A stretch of DNA of 64,000 nucleotides from an uncultured cyanobacterium (lineage in GTDB: Bacteria; Cyanobacteriota; Cyanobacteriia; CAKZMO01): NCBI GenBank assembly GCA_963719515.1, contig CAVRCJ010000020.1:23176-87175 (forward strand). Reading direction: 5' to 3'. The position numbers were made by a program, and so were the translations under genes. The notes beneath the pieces are model-generated. The model was given only the letters and a program-made list of their open reading frames with translations. It was not told the origin of the DNA and did not search any database. This document shows positions 62,959 through 64,000 of this stretch, piece by piece. Numbering within the stretch: the stretch's first letter is position 1; the number at the start of each line of letters is the position of its first letter.

Positions 62959-63007
62959 TCCCCGATCGCCCAATCGCCCACCGATCGCCTACCCCACAAT
63001 CCCAACC

Positions 63008-63940
63008 ATGGCAACACCCTCCGAATCCATCGGCTTATGGGGCGTCCTCCTCGCCGTCGCCGCCGGCACCATGCGCGGCGGCACCCCCTTCCTCTTCGTC
63101 AGTCTCGGGGAATGCCTCACCGAAAAAAGCGGTAAAATTAACCTCGGCCTAGAAGGCACCCTGCTCACCGGAGCCATGGGGGCCTACGCCGTCTCCTACC
63201 TCACCGGTTCCCCTTGGCTGGGCGTCATCGCCTCCGGTTTGGTAGGCATGGTGCTGGGAGCCATCCACGGCTGGTTGTCCCAGCAGCCCCGCGTCAACGA
63301 CGTAGCCGTCGGCATCGCCATGATTATCTTCGGCAGCGGCGTCGCCTTCTTCTTCGGCAAGCCCTTTATTCAGCCCTCTGCCCCCCAGCTCCCCACCATC
63401 AACCTGGGCGGTGACGGGATGGCTCCCGCGCTGCAGGCCGCCCTGCAGATTAGCCCCCTATTTTTAATGGGGATAGCGATCGCCCCCCTAATGAAATGGT
63501 TTTTCCGTACGACTCGCTGGGGACTGCTGGTACGAGCCGTAGGCGATAGCCCGGAGGCGGCGCGGGCCATGGGGGTGTCAATTTTTAAGGTGCGGATGCT
63601 GAGCGTGATGGCAGGCAGCTTCTTGGCGGGCATCGGTGGGGCGTCGCTGTCGTTGTATTATCCCGGCGTCTGGACGGAGCGCATTTCCAGCGGTCAGGGT
63701 CTGATGGCGGTGGCTCTGGTGATTTTCGCCCGGTGGAATCCGGTGCAGTGTCTGTGGGCGTCGCTGCTGTTTGGCGGGGCCCAGGCCCTAGGTCCGGCGC
63801 TACAGTCGGTGGGGGTGCAGGAGGGCTACTACATTTTTAATGCCGCGCCCTATGTGCTGACGCTGCTGATTATGATTTTGACCTGTTCCCCGAAGCGGAC
63901 GCTGGCTGGGGTGCCGGGGGCATTGGGAACGAATCAGTAG
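63008..63940 (+). CDS. ABC transporter permease (nucleoside type)
   Basis: GECLTEKSGKINLGLEG, RAVGDSPEAARAMG, GQGLMAVALVIFARW. Confidence 0.9.
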   Translation: MATPSESIGLWGVLLAVAAGTMRGGTPFLFVSLGECLTEKSGKINLGLEGTLLTGAMGAYAVSYLTGSPWLGVIASGLVGMVLGAIHGWLSQQPRVNDVAVGIAMIIFGSGVAFFFGKPFIQPSAPQLPTINLGGDGMAPALQAALQISPLFLMGIAIAPLMKWFFRTTRWGLLVRAVGDSPEAARAMGVSIFKVRMLSVMAGSFLAGIGGASLSLYYPGVWTERISSGQGLMAVALVIFARWNPVQCLWASLLFGGAQALGPALQSVGVQEGYYIFNAAPYVLTLLIMILTCSPKRTLAGVPGALGTNQ

Positions 63941-64000
63941 GCGAGGTTTGGGGCGGGTCTTGTATATATTTGGCGTTTTGGTGACCCCCTCTAACTCCCC

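Larger units (their letters stand above)
9..63483. repeat. HIP1 octamer GCGATCGC dispersed throughout
   Basis: Dozens of copies in genes and intergenic DNA, for example at 9, 13680, 55013 and 63476; a cyanobacterial hallmark. Confidence 0.95.

Noticed and set aside
63981..64000. Start of another intergenic repeat (ACCCCCTCTAACTCCCC)
   Set aside because: Truncated by the window edge, so it cannot be evaluated

Overview
Cyanobacterial chromosome segment: frequent HIP1 octamers GCGATCGC, plus psaD, psb28, a CpcT/CpeT lyase, ppc, desB and tRNA-Glu. The style suggests a Leptolyngbya/Nodosilinea-like strain, which is an inference. Most of the window is housekeeping (trpE, iscA, rluD, pcrA, queE/queC, malic enzyme, mnmE, hspA, a BMP-type ABC transporter). 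Accessory and mobile content: (1) a TnpB-only IS200/IS605 element whose right end abuts a 5'-truncated rarA; (2) a ~414-bp tnpB-less IS605-type mini-element with a promoter, a structured internal segment and an omega-RNA-like end, inserted in the 3' end of an EamA gene and itself interrupted by an IS1380; (3) a translationally coupled ImmA/IrrE metallopeptidase and 2-TM protein pair, a candidate toxin-antitoxin or anti-phage module; (4) a TIR-NB-ARC-TPR NLR-like gene, divergent from a small gene with a highly structured ~220-nt leader; (5) a histidine kinase/REC-TPR/trkA/trkA/trkH operon. There are also many REP-like palindromes, a dense GGGATCGC cluster and a Pho box. Four single-base frameshifts in short runs and an exact 100-bp tandem duplication look like sequencing or assembly artefacts. 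All calls come from reading the sequence; no database searches were run.
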